64,000 bases of DNA from Polyangia bacterium (GTDB lineage: Bacteria; Myxococcota_A; Polyangia; JAAYKL01). Both the position numbers and the translations under genes were made by a program. The notes under the pieces are model-generated. The model made no database searches. It was not told the origin of the DNA and saw only the letters and a list, made by a program, of their open reading frames with translations. Shown here piece after piece: positions 50,759-62,824 of this stretch; the first letter of the stretch is position 1, and every line of letters begins with the position of its first letter. The stretch lies in the NCBI GenBank assembly GCA_050287845.1, contig JBNKCR010000007.1, positions 30,930-94,929 of the forward strand, read 5' to 3'.

Positions 50759-51781
50759 TCATGAGCTCTGTTGCTTCTTCCAACGCTCCAGCAGCTGCTC
50801 CCAATTATCCAGTTTAATTCCGAGTTGCAAGTCCATTTCAGCGAGAATATCACGAATTTCTTTCAGTGATTTACGACCAAAATTTTTCGTTTTCAACATC
50901 TCAGCCTCAGTGCGCTGTACGAGTTCACCGATAAGCTTAATGCCAGCATTCTGTAGACAATTGGAAGAACGTACAGACAACTCCAATTCATCAACAGGCC
51001 TGAAGAGATTCTCATTAACCTGCTGTTCCGGTTCTTCTTCTTCGGGAAGTGGAAGCTCATCCTCTTCCTCGAAGTTGATGAAAATAATCAAATGCTCTTT
51101 GATAATCTTCGCGGCGTATGCAACGGCATCTTCCGGGCGAACGCTGCCATCCGTCCAAACTTCAAGCACCAATTTGTCATAATCCGTGATTTGTCCAACG
51201 CGAGCATTGGAAACGGAATAATTTACTTTACGAACAGGAGAGTAGAGAGCATCAAGCTGAATCCAACCAATGTCAGATACTTGATTCTCTTCCAATGCAA
51301 GGCGTCTCTCTGCCGGTAAATATCCGCGACCGGGACCAACCAGAATCTCGAATGCAAGACGACCACCTTCAGAAACCGTTGCGATATGCTTGTCGGGATT
51401 CAAGACATCCACCAAACTATTTGTCTGAATGTCCTTTGCAGTGACAGCACACGGTCCTTCTACATCTACTCTCAGCGCGATTTCCTTAGGCTCATGAATC
51501 TTCAGAATCACTTCCTTGAGGTTAAGAATGATATCAGTGACATCTTCCACCACGTCAGGAATAGATGTGAATTCATGAGAAGCGTCATCAAATTTCACAG
51601 AGATTATCGCAGTTCCCTGCAATGACGACAATAAAACCCGTCTCAAGGAATTGCCCAGCGTAATCCCGAAACCTCGTTCCAGGGGCTCACAACTGAAACG
51701 GCCATAAGTATCAGTAAGACTTTCCTGGTCTGCCACTAAATTTCTGGGTCGGATAAGTTCACGCCAATTGCGCTGATACAT
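50759..51781 (-). CDS. rpoA: RNA polymerase alpha subunit
   Basis: [39 protein letters not shown]. Confidence 0.99.
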   Translation of the reverse strand: MYQRNWRELIRPRNLVADQESLTDTYGRFSCEPLERGFGITLGNSLRRVLLSSLQGTAIISVKFDDASHEFTSIPDVVEDVTDIILNLKEVILKIHEPKEIALRVDVEGPCAVTAKDIQTNSLVDVLNPDKHIATVSEGGRLAFEILVGPGRGYLPAERRLALEENQVSDIGWIQLDALYSPVRKVNYSVSNARVGQITDYDKLVLEVWTDGSVRPEDAVAYAAKIIKEHLIIFINFEEEDELPLPEEEEPEQQVNENLFRPVDELELSVRSSNCLQNAGIKLIGELVQRTEAEMLKTKNFGRKSLKEIRDILAEMDLQLGIKLDNWEQLLERWKKQQSS

Positions 51782-51800
51782 ACCAATCTCCTCTTCCCTA

Positions 51801-52427
51801 CTATCTCGAGTAGAATTCGACGATTAATTGGGGTTCTACCGGTAACTGCAACTCCTCCATGCCTGGAACTTCCTTAAATACACCGGCTACTTTCTTGGTA
51901 TCAACTTCAATCCAGGAATCGACTCCCTGACGACCTCTTGCTTCCATCGCGGAAGCAATGGACTCAATTTTTTTCGATCGCTCCCGAATGGATACCTCAT
52001 CACCGGGTTTCACCAGATAGGATGGAATGTTGACTTTTTTTCCGTTCACCTGAATGTGACTATGGCTGACCAATTGTCGAGCAGCTTTCCGTGTGTTTGC
52101 AAATCCCATCCGGAAAGCAACATTGTCCAGCCTCCTTTCCAGCAACTGGAAAAGATTTTCACCCGTAACACCCTTGGTCGCATCAGCTTTATCGAAGTAC
52201 AATGCAAACTGCTTTTCAAGTACTCCATAAATACGTCGTGCTTTTTGCTTCTCTCTAAGATGACGCGAATATTCTGAAAATTTAGCGCGACGCTGACCGT
52301 GCTGTCCGGGGGCGTACGGACGTCTGTCGAACGCACACTTATCAGAAAAACACCTATCCCCTTTCAGGAATAACTTCAATCCCTCGCGCCTACACTGTTT
52401 ACATACTGGGCCTGTATCACGTGCCAC
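51801..52427 (-). CDS. rpsD: 30S ribosomal protein S4
   Basis: [30 protein letters not shown] start. Confidence 0.99.
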   Translation of the reverse strand: MARDTGPVCKQCRREGLKLFLKGDRCFSDKCAFDRRPYAPGQHGQRRAKFSEYSRHLREKQKARRIYGVLEKQFALYFDKADATKGVTGENLFQLLERRLDNVAFRMGFANTRKAARQLVSHSHIQVNGKKVNIPSYLVKPGDEVSIRERSKKIESIASAMEARGRQGVDSWIEVDTKKVAGVFKEVPGMEELQLPVEPQLIVEFYSR

Positions 52428-52448
52428 GATTGACTCCTCTTTACTTCA

Positions 52449-52835
52449 CTAAACTCTACGCCGTTTGGACGGTCTACAACCATTATGGGGGACCGGCGTA
52501 ACGTCTCTGATATATGTAATTTTTAAACCTGAAGCCTGGATGGCGCGTAACGCGGACTCGCGACCCGACCCCGGTCCTTTCACCATCACAGCAACCTGAC
52601 GCATACCATGATCCATCGCTTTTTTGGCTGCATCCTCTGCGGTAACCTGAGCGGCAAAGGGTGTCGCTTTGCGAGACCCTTTGAAACCCATTGTTCCGGC
52701 GGTGCACCAGGAAACTGTGTTTCCGGCGGTATCCGTAATTGTCACTGTTGTATTGTTGAACGTAGACTGAACGTGTGCCACGCCATTCGGTACGTTCTTC
52801 TTGTCTTTTCTTTTTCCGCCTTTACTAGTAGCCAT
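52449..52835 (-). CDS. rpsK: 30S ribosomal protein S11
   Basis: [29 protein letters not shown]. Confidence 0.99.
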   Translation of the reverse strand: MATSKGGKRKDKKNVPNGVAHVQSTFNNTTVTITDTAGNTVSWCTAGTMGFKGSRKATPFAAQVTAEDAAKKAMDHGMRQVAVMVKGPGSGRESALRAIQASGLKITYIRDVTPVPHNGCRPSKRRRV

Positions 52836-52858
52836 TTTTTATCCTGCTATGTTACGGT

Positions 52859-53224
52859 TTATCGTTTCACAGACGATCCGCGTTTGGGACCTTTTCGTGT
52901 CCGTGCGTTAGTGTGAGTTCTTTGACCGCGACAAGGCAGCCCTCGCCGATGACGAAGACCTCTAAAACATCCAAGGTCCATCAGGCGTTTGATATTGGCA
53001 TTAATTTCCCGTCTCAAATCACCTTCCACCTTGTAGTCTTCGACCAGCAAGTCTCGAATTGCCTTGACTTCGCCTTCGGTTAATTCCTCAGTTTTGGTCT
53101 CAGGTACGATATTCGCTTTTTTACAAATATCCAGAGCAGTAGGTGTTCCTACGCCATAAATATAAGTTAAAGCGATTTTGATATGCTTTTTTCGTGGAAG
53201 GTCCACACCAGCAATACGTGCCAC
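52859..53224 (-). CDS. rpsM: 30S ribosomal protein S13
   Basis: GTG start [38 protein letters not shown]. Confidence 0.98.
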   Translation of the reverse strand: MARIAGVDLPRKKHIKIALTYIYGVGTPTALDICKKANIVPETKTEELTEGEVKAIRDLLVEDYKVEGDLRREINANIKRLMDLGCFRGLRHRRGLPCRGQRTHTNARTRKGPKRGSSVKR

Positions 53225-53234
53225 TTTTGTCCTC

Positions 53235-53348
53235 CTAACCCTGTCTTTGCTTATGACGTGGGTTTTCACAAATGATACGAACAACACCTTTTCTTCGCAC
53301 CACTTTGCATTTATCACAAACTTTCTTCACCGAAGGTCTAACTTTCAT
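53235..53348 (-). CDS. rpmJ: 50S ribosomal protein L36 (absent from ORF track)
   Basis: Manual translation [37 protein letters not shown]. Confidence 0.98.
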   Translation of the reverse strand: MKVRPSVKKVCDKCKVVRRKGVVRIICENPRHKQRQG

Positions 53349-53371
53349 GACTTCCTCCAGTAACTTGAACC

Positions 53372-54019
53372 CTAAAGCCCAAGCGCCTTCTTTATCTGTT
53401 CAAAAACCTGTACAGGATTTTTTCCGTTTGCTTCAATTTCCTTGAGCACACCCTGCCGTTTATAATATCCAATCAGAGGCGCTGTTTGCTCGTGATACGC
53501 CAATAGCCGTTCTCTGACTGTTTTTTCATTATCGTCTTCGCGTTGAATCAATCCACTGGCTCCGCATGAACATTTATCTGCCTGAGGAGGTGGACTATAC
53601 AACAGATGATATATCGCGCCACAATCCGGACAGGATCTCCGCCCGGTAATTCGGCCAATCAATTCTTCGTCATCTACCATAATTGCAACAACGGAATCTA
53701 CGCTCATTTCCTGGGCAGTGAGCCCTTCCGCCAAAGACTCCGCCTGGGGGACCGTCCTTGGAAAACCGTCGAGCATGAAACCGTTTTTACAATCATCCTG
53801 GGTCAGTCTTTCTTTGACTAAACCAACAACAACTTCATCCGGGACAAGTTGCCCCGAATCCATATATCTTTTCGCTTCTTTGCCAAGCGATGTTCCCGCG
53901 GCCACAGCGCTTCTCAGCATATCTCCTGTAGATATCTGGGGAACGCGAAGCAACTCGACAAGTTGCTTTGCCTGTGTTCCTTTGCCAGCGCCGGGAGGTC
54001 CGAGAAGTATCAGTTTCAT
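53372..54019 (-). CDS. adk: Adenylate kinase
   Basis: [27 protein letters not shown], Cys-containing LID. Confidence 0.98.
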   Translation of the reverse strand: MKLILLGPPGAGKGTQAKQLVELLRVPQISTGDMLRSAVAAGTSLGKEAKRYMDSGQLVPDEVVVGLVKERLTQDDCKNGFMLDGFPRTVPQAESLAEGLTAQEMSVDSVVAIMVDDEELIGRITGRRSCPDCGAIYHLLYSPPPQADKCSCGASGLIQREDDNEKTVRERLLAYHEQTAPLIGYYKRQGVLKEIEANGKNPVQVFEQIKKALGL

Positions 54020-54026
54020 TTTATAG

Positions 54027-55340
54027 TTACCTTGATCTGCGCCCGCGGATTCTAGCCCCTTTGGGTCCGGTGAATCCATCATAGTGCCGTGTAATAAGAT
54101 GAGACTCAATCTGTTGCGCCGTATCCAGCGCCACGCCCACAACAATCATCAACCCGGTACCACCCAGATAAAAAGGAATATGAAATTCCGTAATCATAAA
54201 TGATGGCAAAACACAAACCGCTGCTACATACAGCGCACCACCAAATGTGATTCGATTCAAAACACGGTCGATGTATTGAGCAGTACGTTTACCAGGCCTT
54301 ATTCCTGGAATGAAAGCGCCCTGCTTCTTTAAATTGTCGGCGACATCCGTCGGTTGAAACGTAATCGCCGTATAAAAGTAACAGAAAAAAATGATAAGCA
54401 AAGAGTAGATGGTGTTGTACTGCCAGGTACCAAATGCCACAAGAGAATGCAACCAATCCTGAGAAGGGAAAAACCCAGCCAGGGTGTTGGGGAACATCAA
54501 CAGGGTTGAGGCGAAAATGGGTGGAATAACCCCAGCCTGATTGACACGCAAAGGCAAAAATGTTGAATGTCCGCCATATACCTTACGACCCACCATTCTT
54601 TTCGCATGTTGTATTTGAATACGTCTCTGACCGCGTTCAAAAAAGACGATGGTAGCAACCACACCCAGCAACACCGCAGCGACAAACATAAGCTGTATCG
54701 GCGTTAATTGTCCAACACTCGCAGATTTTAAAGTTTGCACAATCGCATCTGGTAAACTGGAAACAATTCCAGCAAAGATAATCAACGAAATACCGTTTCC
54801 AATTCCCCGCTCAGTAATCTGTTCGCCCAGCCACATGATGAACGCCGTCCCTGTTGTAAGCGTCAACATCGTCATGGCCTTAAACCCTAAACCGGTATTA
54901 ATAACCACCATCCCCATTCCCTGATTGTTTAAACTCTCAAGATATTGGGCCATGGCAAACGACTGAATAAACGCAATAATGACGGTGCCATATCGCGTGT
55001 ATTGATTAATTTTCTGGCTACCGGCTTCCCCTTCTTTGCGCAATTCCGCAAGACGCGGAACAACAGATGAAAGCAGCTGCAAAATAATGGACGAACTGAT
55101 ATAAGGCATGATCCCAAGAGCGATAATGGAAAGACGCTGCAGTGCGCCCCCTGAGAACATATTGAAAAGCCCCATAAAAGTGCCGGAACTCTGCCGCACG
55201 AGTTCGCCCATTACTTCCCTGTCTACCCCGGGTGTCGTCACAAATATACCGATACGATACACTGCCAACATCATCAGAGTAAAAAAGATTCTCTTTCTCA
55301 GTTCTGGTATTTTACCAATATTTGCTATTCCGCCAGCCAC
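54027..55340 (-). CDS. secY: Preprotein translocase SecY
   Basis: [37 protein letters not shown]. Confidence 0.99.
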   Translation of the reverse strand: MAGGIANIGKIPELRKRIFFTLMMLAVYRIGIFVTTPGVDREVMGELVRQSSGTFMGLFNMFSGGALQRLSIIALGIMPYISSSIILQLLSSVVPRLAELRKEGEAGSQKINQYTRYGTVIIAFIQSFAMAQYLESLNNQGMGMVVINTGLGFKAMTMLTLTTGTAFIMWLGEQITERGIGNGISLIIFAGIVSSLPDAIVQTLKSASVGQLTPIQLMFVAAVLLGVVATIVFFERGQRRIQIQHAKRMVGRKVYGGHSTFLPLRVNQAGVIPPIFASTLLMFPNTLAGFFPSQDWLHSLVAFGTWQYNTIYSLLIIFFCYFYTAITFQPTDVADNLKKQGAFIPGIRPGKRTAQYIDRVLNRITFGGALYVAAVCVLPSFMITEFHIPFYLGGTGLMIVVGVALDTAQQIESHLITRHYDGFTGPKGARIRGRRSR

Positions 55341-55359
55341 GTAATTCCTCTACGATTCT

Positions 55360-55815
55360 TTAATTCGAACTAATTTGCTCGAAACTACCGCCTGCATCCG
55401 TAATTTTTTTCAATGCTCCGGCAGAAACACTGTGAAGACGGACCGTAAGCTTTTTTGTCAATTCCCCTTTTCCCAATACTTTCACACCGTCGGCAATTTT
55501 CGAAATCAAACCCTTCTTCCCCAACGCTTCGACATCAATGATGTCTCCGTCGCTAAATACCTCAAGTCGCTCCACATTAATTTCGATAATTTCTTTTTTG
55601 AAAATATTGGTGAAACCTCTTTTGGGCATTCGCCGCTGTAAAGGCATTTGTCCGCCTTCAAACCCGCGAGCAATGCCGCCACCAGATCGTGCTTTCTGTC
55701 CATTCATTCCTTTGCCAGCAGTCTTTCCCCACCCGGAACCTGGACCGCGACCTACCCTTTTTCTTTTTTTTCGTGCGCCTTCCGGTGGCGCTAATCTGCT
55801 CAGAATATCATTCAT
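55360..55815 (-). CDS. rplO: 50S ribosomal protein L15
   Basis: RVGRGPGSG.GKT, GFEGGQMPL.RR.PKRGF. Confidence 0.98.
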   Translation of the reverse strand: MNDILSRLAPPEGARKKRKRVGRGPGSGWGKTAGKGMNGQKARSGGGIARGFEGGQMPLQRRMPKRGFTNIFKKEIIEINVERLEVFSDGDIIDVEALGKKGLISKIADGVKVLGKGELTKKLTVRLHSVSAGALKKITDAGGSFEQISSN

Positions 55816-55999
55816 TGACTTCCTCAACTTTCACAAGGTGAATGACTTTTTTAATCATTCCACGAAAGGCGGGAGTGTTATCGACGACAACCGTTTTACC
55901 TATCTTCGTTAACCCAAGTCCTTTTGCCACGCGTCGATTTTTTTCGCATTGGCTGATAAGGCTCTTAACTTGTGTTACTCTTAATTTTACATTGGCCAT
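55808..55999 (-). CDS. rpmD: 50S ribosomal protein L30
   Basis: VTQVKS.I, LGL, TPAFRGMI..V.HLV; position between rpsE and rplO. Confidence 0.95.
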   Translation of the reverse strand: MANVKLRVTQVKSLISQCEKNRRVAKGLGLTKIGKTVVVDNTPAFRGMIKKVIHLVKVEEVNE

Positions 56000-56024
56000 A
56001 ATGTGTTCCCTTAACTATTGAAAC

Positions 56025-56543
56025 TTATACCAAATCTTCAACGCGTTTTCCGCGGCGCCGTGCGACCATCTGAGCGTCTTCAATATTTTTCAAACCATCG
56101 ACTGTTGCGCGTACCACATTAATAGTAGTATTAGATCCGAGACATTTTGTTAGTACGTCGTGAATGCCTGCAGCTTCAACAACAGCTCTCACAGGACCAC
56201 CGGCAATAACCCCGGTACCCGTACTGGCTGGTTTCAAAAGCACGGACCCGGCACCCGAACGCCCGATAATCTCATGAGGCAAAGTGCCATTCACAATTGG
56301 AACATCAAACATAGATGCTTTAGCTTTGGCTGTCCCTTTTCGAATCGCTTCTGGAACTTCGTTCGCTTTACCGTATCCGATACCGACTTTCCCAGCGCCA
56401 TCACCAACGACAACAAGTGCTGAGAAATTGAATCTTCGGCCGCCTTTGACAACCTTTGCGACTCGATTAATGTGAATCACTTTCTCAATCAGCTCATCGC
56501 CTTCTTCTTGAAGTTCTTGCTGTTTATCGTCCTGTTGTGACAT
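56025..56543 (-). CDS. rpsE: 30S ribosomal protein S5
   Basis: [31 protein letters not shown]. Confidence 0.99.
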   Translation of the reverse strand: MSQQDDKQQELQEEGDELIEKVIHINRVAKVVKGGRRFNFSALVVVGDGAGKVGIGYGKANEVPEAIRKGTAKAKASMFDVPIVNGTLPHEIIGRSGAGSVLLKPASTGTGVIAGGPVRAVVEAAGIHDVLTKCLGSNTTINVVRATVDGLKNIEDAQMVARRRGKRVEDLV

Positions 56544-56555
56544 GTTCCTATGCTC

Positions 56556-56909
56556 CTAGAACTCTAACCCGGCTTCCCGAGCTGCATCGGCAAGCGCTTT
56601 GACTCGCCCGTGATACACAAAGCCGTTTCGATCGAAAACAACCTGTTTGATATTTTTCTCAAGACACTTCTGGGCGACTAAATTTCCGACCTTTTTAGCA
56701 ATGTCAGTCTTGCTACCGGTTTCTCCCTTAAGTCCCGAGGACAACGAAGAAACCGCGAACAGCGTCTTGTGGTCATCATCATTTACAATTTGCGCGTAAA
56801 TATGAGAGGCACTTCGAAACACTGATAACCGAGGCCTTTCGCCAGTACCGGATACCTTTTTTCGAATCCTCTTTTTACGCCACTCTCTAATCTGTGCCTT
56901 TGTCTTCAT
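56556..56909 (-). CDS. rplR: 50S ribosomal protein L18
   Basis: [29 protein letters not shown]. Confidence 0.99.
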   Translation of the reverse strand: MKTKAQIREWRKKRIRKKVSGTGERPRLSVFRSASHIYAQIVNDDDHKTLFAVSSLSSGLKGETGSKTDIAKKVGNLVAQKCLEKNIKQVVFDRNGFVYHGRVKALADAAREAGLEF

Positions 56910-56920
56910 TTCAAGTACCT

Positions 56921-57463
56921 CTACTTGACTCCCGCTTTTCCTGCTTTGCGGCGGATTGTTTCGTCAGCATATCGAATACCCTTCCCTTTGTAGGGTTCGG
57001 GGGCCCGCAGACTGCGAATGGTTGCAGCAGTCTGGCCGACGAGTTCTTTATCAATACCTTTAATGGAAAATTGAATACCTCTGTCTCCAACTTCCGCATC
57101 AATACCTTTGGGTAAATCAAATTCAACCGGGCTTGAATACCCCAAATGAAACACAAGCTTGCTTCCCTGCAGCGCTACCCTGTAACCGACACCTTCAATT
57201 TGCATTTTTTTCTCAAACCCAACTGAAACGCCGTGAACCATATTTGCAATCAGGGACCTTGCCAAGCCGTGATAAGCTCCGAATCTTCGCTCTTTTGAAA
57301 CAGGCTGCACATTGAGCATTGATTCTGCGATCTCAACATTTACATAAGGGGGCATTGACCTGTCCAATGCGCCTTTAGGCCCTTTTACTGAAATGCTGTC
57401 TTTCCCCAGGTTAACAGTCACTCCATTGGGAATATTTATTGGCTGTTTGCCTATACGTGACAT
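56921..57463 (-). CDS. rplF: 50S ribosomal protein L6
   Basis: [25 protein letters not shown]. Confidence 0.99.
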   Translation of the reverse strand: MSRIGKQPINIPNGVTVNLGKDSISVKGPKGALDRSMPPYVNVEIAESMLNVQPVSKERRFGAYHGLARSLIANMVHGVSVGFEKKMQIEGVGYRVALQGSKLVFHLGYSSPVEFDLPKGIDAEVGDRGIQFSIKGIDKELVGQTAATIRSLRAPEPYKGKGIRYADETIRRKAGKAGVK

Positions 57464-57487
57464 CTATCCACCTCAGCTAACCGCTTA

Positions 57488-57880
57488 CTACCATATTTCG
57501 CAAAGGATTTCGCCGCCCACGTTCAGACGACGGGCTTCCTTATCAGTTATAATTCCTTTGGAAGTGGAAACAATCGCCACACCCAAACCTTGCTTAATCA
57601 TAGGTATTTCTTTTACACCGGCATATGACCGGCAACCTGACTTACTGACTTTACGCATGCTGTTGATCGCAAGTCTGTGCTTGTCGTTGTATTTAAGATG
57701 GACAACGATTTCTTTTTTAGGAACCTCGCCACTGACTTCGAAATCCTGCACATATCCCTCGTCCTTCAGAATCTGCGCGATCCGTTCCTTCATTTTAGAA
57801 TGAGGAACTCTCGTTGAACTGTGCCGCGCCAAACCGGCGTTTCTAATTCGGGTCATCATGTCTGATACTGGATCCAGCAT
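57488..57880 (-). CDS. rpsH: 30S ribosomal protein S8
   Basis: DPVSDMMTRIRNA, GLGVAIVSTSKG, VGGE. Confidence 0.98.
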   Translation of the reverse strand: MLDPVSDMMTRIRNAGLARHSSTRVPHSKMKERIAQILKDEGYVQDFEVSGEVPKKEIVVHLKYNDKHRLAINSMRKVSKSGCRSYAGVKEIPMIKQGLGVAIVSTSKGIITDKEARRLNVGGEILCEIW

Positions 57881-57891
57881 ATTATACCTCT

Positions 57892-58077
57892 TTACCAACT
57901 CGCCTTAATAACGCCTGGAAGTTCACCTTTGCTTGCTAAAGTGCGCAAGCAAATTCGACACATATTGAATTTCCGATAATAACCGCGTGGTCTACCGCAA
58001 ATGGGACAACGATTCCGAACTCTTACAGCAAACTTCGGAGTTTTATCCATCTTGGCCATCAAGCATTTTCTTGCCAT
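57892..58077 (-). CDS. rpsN: 30S ribosomal protein S14, zinc-binding type
   Basis: 61 aa, RCPICGR..CRIC.R..G.LPG..KASW. Confidence 0.98.
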   Translation of the reverse strand: MARKCLMAKMDKTPKFAVRVRNRCPICGRPRGYYRKFNMCRICLRTLASKGELPGVIKASW

Positions 58078-58088
58078 GACAGTCTCCT

Positions 58089-58643
58089 CTACTTTGTAAA
58101 GGGCATACCCAGTTGCCGGAGCAACGCACGCCCTTCTTCGTCCGTCTTCGCAGACGTAACAAATGTAATATTGAGGCCTTTAATTTTATCGACCTTGTCA
58201 TAATTGACTTCAGGAAAAATAATCTGCTCTTTTATTCCGACAGAATAGTTTCCACGACCATCAAACCCTTTTTTAGACACGCCCTTGAAGTCACGAACAC
58301 GGGGAAGTGCATATGAAATAAATCTATCAATGAATTCCCACATTCGATCTTGCCTCAACGTGACAGAACAACCAATGGGCATACCGGCGCGAAGTTTAAA
58401 GTTGGCAATTGCTCTTCTCGCCTTCCTGATTACTGGCTTCTGACCACTGATTGCTTCCAGTTCTGCAGCCGCAGAATCCAGAATCTTTGAATTCTGAATG
58501 GCCTCGCCAAGCCCCATGTTCAGAACCACCTTTTTCAGTTTGGGAATTTCCATTCGATTCTTATACCCAAAATCTTTAAAAAGCTGTTCCTGAACAGCGT
58601 CTTCGTATTTCTTTCGCATACGCGGTAATACTTTTTCGCCCAT
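58089..58643 (-). CDS. rplE: 50S ribosomal protein L5
   Basis: [28 protein letters not shown]. Confidence 0.98.
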   Translation of the reverse strand: MGEKVLPRMRKKYEDAVQEQLFKDFGYKNRMEIPKLKKVVLNMGLGEAIQNSKILDSAAAELEAISGQKPVIRKARRAIANFKLRAGMPIGCSVTLRQDRMWEFIDRFISYALPRVRDFKGVSKKGFDGRGNYSVGIKEQIIFPEVNYDKVDKIKGLNITFVTSAKTDEEGRALLRQLGMPFTK

Positions 58644-58653
58644 CTTTTTATTC

Positions 58654-58965
58654 CTAATCAAAAACGGTTTCTGATTTAACGCTAACACGTACTTTAGCGC
58701 CATCCTTACCGGTTGAAATCCTTACCCTGGTCGGTTTGTTGGTTTTACCATCCAACAGCATGACATTTGAGGCATCCAGAGGCATTTCCACATCATCTAT
58801 TCCCCCTGCAGGATTCGCCTGCGTGGGCTTACGGTGCTTTTTCACCATATTCACCCGTTCTACGATGACTTTATTGGAAGAAGCCAACACCTTTTTTACC
58901 TTGCCGGTTTTACCTTTGTCTTTTCCGGCAATCACTATTACTTCGTCGTTCCTCTTAATTCGCAT
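58654..58965 (-). CDS. rplX: 50S ribosomal protein L24
   Basis: [15 protein letters not shown]. Confidence 0.98.
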   Translation of the reverse strand: MRIKRNDEVIVIAGKDKGKTGKVKKVLASSNKVIVERVNMVKKHRKPTQANPAGGIDDVEMPLDASNVMLLDGKTNKPTRVRISTGKDGAKVRVSVKSETVFD

Positions 58966-58985
58966 AACAAACTCCTCGACCGCCG

Positions 58986-59354
58986 TTACAGCACTTCTGG
59001 AGCCAGCGAAACAATTTTCATGAACTTTTTCGCTCGAAGCTCTCTGGCAACCGGACCAAAGATACGTGTACCAATCATCTCATTCTGAGCGTTGACCAGC
59101 ACCGCGGAATTTTCATCAAATCGAATGTATGACCCATCAGGCCGCTTCAATTCTTTTTTTGTTCGAACAATGACAGCTTGCGCCACATCGCCCTTTTTAA
59201 CTTTTGAATTCGGAATTGTCTCCCGAATCGAAACGGTGATGACATCACCAATAGTAGCGTACTTGCGTTTCGAACCACCTTTAACTTTAATGCAAAGGAG
59301 TTTCTTCGCACCGGAATTATCAGCCACATTCAATTGTGTTTCCATCTGAATCAT
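58986..59354 (-). CDS. rplN: 50S ribosomal protein L14
   Basis: [30 protein letters not shown]. Confidence 0.99.
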   Translation of the reverse strand: MIQMETQLNVADNSGAKKLLCIKVKGGSKRKYATIGDVITVSIRETIPNSKVKKGDVAQAVIVRTKKELKRPDGSYIRFDENSAVLVNAQNEMIGTRIFGPVARELRAKKFMKIVSLAPEVL

Positions 59355-59356
59355 GA

Positions 59357-59617
59357 CTAAACCTCCACAGACTTTCGCACTATCTCAATCAACATCCAGC
59401 ATTTCTCTTTTGAGATCGGCCGATGTTCCCTGATCTTTACGATGTCCCCCGGTTTGCATTCATTATTTTCATCGTGCGCTTTAAATCGGCTTCGTCTGAC
59501 AATGACCTTCTTGTATTTGGGATCCTGAACCCGTCGGGAAACCTCAACCACAATAGTTTTGTCCATGCCGGACTTGTAGACCTGGCCAGTCATTATTCTT
59601 TTTCGAGCTTCGGCCAT
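59357..59617 (-). CDS. rpsQ: 30S ribosomal protein S17
   Basis: MDKTIVV, KAHDE.N, GD.V.I.E.RPISK. Confidence 0.98.
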   Translation of the reverse strand: MAEARKRIMTGQVYKSGMDKTIVVEVSRRVQDPKYKKVIVRRSRFKAHDENNECKPGDIVKIREHRPISKEKCWMLIEIVRKSVEV

Positions 59618-59620
59618 GGC

Positions 59621-59827
59621 TTACTCCTGTTTTGCCGCAGAAATTTCGCGTTCTTTCAACAATGTCTGTATACGCGCAACTTCACGACGGTTTTTCTTCA
59701 GCAGACTACTGTTTGTCAGCTGATGAGTGGCATTCTTAATTCGATCTCTGAAAAGACTATTTTTTGATTCAACCAAAAGATTCTTCAATTCCTCATCATT
59801 ACGCTCGCGTAGTTCTTTTGCCCTCAT
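59621..59827 (-). CDS. rpmC: 50S ribosomal protein L29
   Basis: [17 protein letters not shown]; operon position. Confidence 0.95.
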   Translation of the reverse strand: MRAKELRERNDEELKNLLVESKNSLFRDRIKNATHQLTNSSLLKKNRREVARIQTLLKEREISAAKQE

Positions 59828-60240
59828 AGCGCACCCCCTCTTTTCAAAAATCTCGTTGCAATTCCCAACTTGTGAGATGCTGTTCGAAAAGCCTTTTGTG
59901 CATCCGCTTCAGAAACGCCACTGATTTCATATAAAACTCGTCCTGGCCGTATTACTGCAACCCATTCTTCCGGACTGCCTTTACCTTTACCCATACGAGT
60001 TTCTGCGGCCGTTTTCGTAACAGGCTTGTGCGGAAAAAAGCGAATCCACATTTTACCTGTTTTTTTTACATGGCGACTGATAGCCATACGCGCTGCTTCG
60101 ATTTGCCTTGAAGTTATCCAACCACTCTCCAAGGCTTGCATACCATAGTCTCCGAAGGACACGTCCGATCCCCGGTATGATTTACCACGAATCTTCCCTT
60201 TTTGCTGTTTTCGATATTTAACTTTTGCTGGACTAAGCAT
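59824..60240 (-). CDS. rplP: 50S ribosomal protein L16
   Basis: KYRK.QKG, QIEAAR, RMGKGKG. Confidence 0.99.
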   Translation of the reverse strand: MLSPAKVKYRKQQKGKIRGKSYRGSDVSFGDYGMQALESGWITSRQIEAARMAISRHVKKTGKMWIRFFPHKPVTKTAAETRMGKGKGSPEEWVAVIRPGRVLYEISGVSEADAQKAFRTASHKLGIATRFLKRGGAL

Positions 60241-60251
60241 GGTCCCACCTC

Positions 60252-60905
60252 TTAGCTGGCCTGTTTAGGTGCGGGTGCCTTCTTAAGCACTTCACCCTTA
60301 AAGATCCAGGTTTTCACGCCAATAATCCCGTACGTTGTTTTGGCTTCTGCAAATCCGTAGTCGATATCCGCACGCAATGTATGCAATGGAACCCGGCCCG
60401 CCCGATATTTCTCTCTTCTGGACATTTCAGCGCCACCAAGTCGTCCCGAACATTCAATTCGAATCCCTTTGGCACCGAACTTCAAGGCAATAGAAAGCGA
60501 CTTCTTCATTGCACGTCTGAACGCAACCCGTCGTTCCAACTGTGTTGCAATATTTTCAGCCACCAGCTGAGCATTTGTTTCAGCTTTGCGAACTTCCTGT
60601 ATTTCAATAAACACTTCGTTGGAAGTATATTTCTGCACTTCCTTTTTCAGTGTCTCGACACCTGCGCCGCGTTTACCGATAATAATGCCGGGGCGTGATG
60701 ATTTGATGACTATCTTACACTTATTGGCTGCGCGCTCCAGCTCGATGTCAGCAATGCTGGCATGTCCAAGCGATTTCTTGATATACTTTCGTATTCTCAG
60801 ATCCTCATGAAGCCATTTGGCATAGGATTTATCCTGATACCAGGTAGATTTCCAAGGTCTAATTATACCCAGACGCAGTCCGTAGGGATGTACTTTCTGT
60901 CCCAC
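60252..60905 (-). CDS. rpsC: 30S ribosomal protein S3
   Basis: [34 protein letters not shown] start. Confidence 0.99.
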   Translation of the reverse strand: MGQKVHPYGLRLGIIRPWKSTWYQDKSYAKWLHEDLRIRKYIKKSLGHASIADIELERAANKCKIVIKSSRPGIIIGKRGAGVETLKKEVQKYTSNEVFIEIQEVRKAETNAQLVAENIATQLERRVAFRRAMKKSLSIALKFGAKGIRIECSGRLGGAEMSRREKYRAGRVPLHTLRADIDYGFAEAKTTYGIIGVKTWIFKGEVLKKAPAPKQAS

Positions 60906-60915
60906 TTTCGTCCTC

Positions 60916-61257
60916 CTAGCGGATATCCAAAACCACTTTTATGTGGCTCACACCCTTATTGATTCTTGTTGCCCGACCTTGAGCACGGGGTCTCCAGCGT
61001 CTCATATGCTTTGACGGGCCCATGTCTACCATTAATTCCCTTATAAAGAGAGCATCAACATCAACTGCGGAGTTTGCCTGTCTGGCGTTGGCCACCGCTG
61101 ACTCTAAAACTTTCTTCAAAGGCTGTGCCGCCGCTCTATTAACGAAGGACAGGGTTCTGATAGCATCGCCAACATCCTTTCCTCTGACGAGGTTGGCAAC
61201 AACCCTTACCTTTCTCGGCGAAATCTTCAAATAACGCGCGCTTGCCTTGGCTTCCAT
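60916..61257 (-). CDS. rplV: 50S ribosomal protein L22
   Basis: SPRKVR.VA.LVRG, SAVANA, PRAQGRA..I.K..SHI. Confidence 0.99.
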   Translation of the reverse strand: MEAKASARYLKISPRKVRVVANLVRGKDVGDAIRTLSFVNRAAAQPLKKVLESAVANARQANSAVDVDALFIRELMVDMGPSKHMRRWRPRAQGRATRINKGVSHIKVVLDIR

Positions 61258-61283
61258 GTCTTACCTCGGTCTTTACCCTTTTG

Positions 61284-61398
61284 AAATTATTGCGTTTTCT
61301 CCGCTCTAGCTCACTCTCCGTGCCGAAGAACGGGCCTTCTTAGCATGTCCATCTTAGAAGGTCAAGAAGAGAATATATAAATTACATTGCAATAATTT
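61284..61398 (-). other. Nested stem-loop structure in the rpsS-rplV spacer (candidate cis-regulatory RNA)
   Basis: 10-bp outer inverted repeat, inner CCTTCT/AGAAGG stem and a cUUCGg hairpin on the transcribed strand. Confidence 0.5.
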
Positions 61399-61410
61399 TC
61401 GTTAAATCTA

Positions 61411-61683
61411 TTATTTGCCTTTTCGGTCTCCGGCGTGTCCTCGAAACGTTCTGGTTGGTGCAAATTCTCCAAATTTATGACCGACCATATTTTCCGTCAC
61501 GAACACAGCGATAAATTTCTTGCCGTTATGGACTGCGAAAGTCAAACCAACGGCCTCTGGAATAATCGTCGAACGCCTGGACCATGTACGAATTACTTTT
61601 TTATCTCCCGTTTTAATCGCAATATCGATTTTCTTCAGGAGATGTCCGTCAATAAAAGGACCTTTTTTCAGCGATCTCGCCAT
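61411..61683 (-). CDS. rpsS: 30S ribosomal protein S19
   Basis: [26 protein letters not shown]. Confidence 0.99.
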   Translation of the reverse strand: MARSLKKGPFIDGHLLKKIDIAIKTGDKKVIRTWSRRSTIIPEAVGLTFAVHNGKKFIAVFVTENMVGHKFGEFAPTRTFRGHAGDRKGK

Positions 61684-61695
61684 TACTTGTGCCCC

Positions 61696-62526
61696 TTACT
61701 TCCTTTTCTTACGCCGTCTGACAATAAACTTATCAGTCTGACTGTTGTTACGAGTTTTATATCCCTTGGTCGGCTTACCCCATGGTGTACAAGGCTGACG
61801 ACCACCGGCAGAACGACCCTCACCACCCCCCATGGGATGATCAACCGGGTTCATGGCAACACCCCGAACGCTCGGACGACGACCGAGCCACCGCATTTTT
61901 CCGGCCTTACCAATTTCAATATTTGCATGTTCCCCATTTGAAACCTGACCAATTGTCGCGCGACAATCGACACCAACCAGTCGAACCTCACTTGAAGGCA
62001 TACGGATATGTGCATACTTATCGTCTTTTGCCATCAATTGGGCACTGGTTCCTGCACAGCGGACAAGCTGTCCTCCCTTACCACGCTTCAGTTCAACATT
62101 ATGGATTAAAGTGCCCAACGGAATAAATCGCAGCGGCAACGCATTGCCCGGCTTGATATCTGCATGTCTGCTGGAGACGACTTCGTCATTAACCTTCAAT
62201 TTGTCCGGTGCGAGTATGTACGCCTTTTCCCCATCCGCATAATGAAGCAGAGCAATTCTCGCGGACCGATTTGGATCATATTCCACTGCTGCCACACGGG
62301 CGGGCACACCGATTTTATTCCGTTTAAAATCGATTTGTCTATAACGACGTTTGTGTCCACCACCGCGATGTCTACACGTAATACGACCGTTGGAGTTCCG
62401 ACCGCCGCTTTTTTTCAACGGACTCAGTAAAGACGCCTCCGGAGAGGTTTTGGTAATCTCGGAAAAATCCGAACCACTCATTCCTCTGCGCCCGGCAGAT
62501 GTTGGTTTATATTCTTTAATACTCAT
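61696..62526 (-). CDS. rplB: 50S ribosomal protein L2
   Basis: [34 protein letters not shown]. Confidence 0.99.
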   Translation of the reverse strand: MSIKEYKPTSAGRRGMSGSDFSEITKTSPEASLLSPLKKSGGRNSNGRITCRHRGGGHKRRYRQIDFKRNKIGVPARVAAVEYDPNRSARIALLHYADGEKAYILAPDKLKVNDEVVSSRHADIKPGNALPLRFIPLGTLIHNVELKRGKGGQLVRCAGTSAQLMAKDDKYAHIRMPSSEVRLVGVDCRATIGQVSNGEHANIEIGKAGKMRWLGRRPSVRGVAMNPVDHPMGGGEGRSAGGRQPCTPWGKPTKGYKTRNNSQTDKFIVRRRKKRK

Positions 62527-62530
62527 GGTG

Positions 62531-62824
62531 CTACACTCCCTCGAAGAATTCTATGGCGTCACCTTCTTTCAAAGTGACTACCGCTTTCTTCCAATTGGGG
62601 CGCTTGCCCATCCGACGTCCCAGTCGGCCGGGTTTTCCACGGACAATCATCGTGTTGACTTCCGATACGCCAACATTGAACAATGATTCCACAGCTGCCT
62701 TGATTTCGGGCTTTGTTGCCTTGTATGCCACCTTGAAAAGATACTGATTATTATCTTCTCTGATTAGCTCGCCTTTTTCGGTTAAAACGAGCGGCTTAAT
62801 GATTACATCGTGAGCTGTTTTCAT
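62531..62824 (-). CDS. rplW: 50S ribosomal protein L23
   Basis: [24 protein letters not shown]. Confidence 0.98.
   Translation of the reverse strand: MKTAHDVIIKPLVLTEKGELIREDNNQYLFKVAYKATKPEIKAAVESLFNVGVSEVNTMIVRGKPGRLGRRMGKRPNWKKAVVTLKEGDAIEFFEGV

Noticed and set aside
50749..50853. N-terminal extensions in the ORF track for rplQ, rpsM, adk, rplE, rpsH, hslO, MBOAT and others
   Set aside because: Most overlap upstream genes; conserved N-termini and SD sites indicate later starts.
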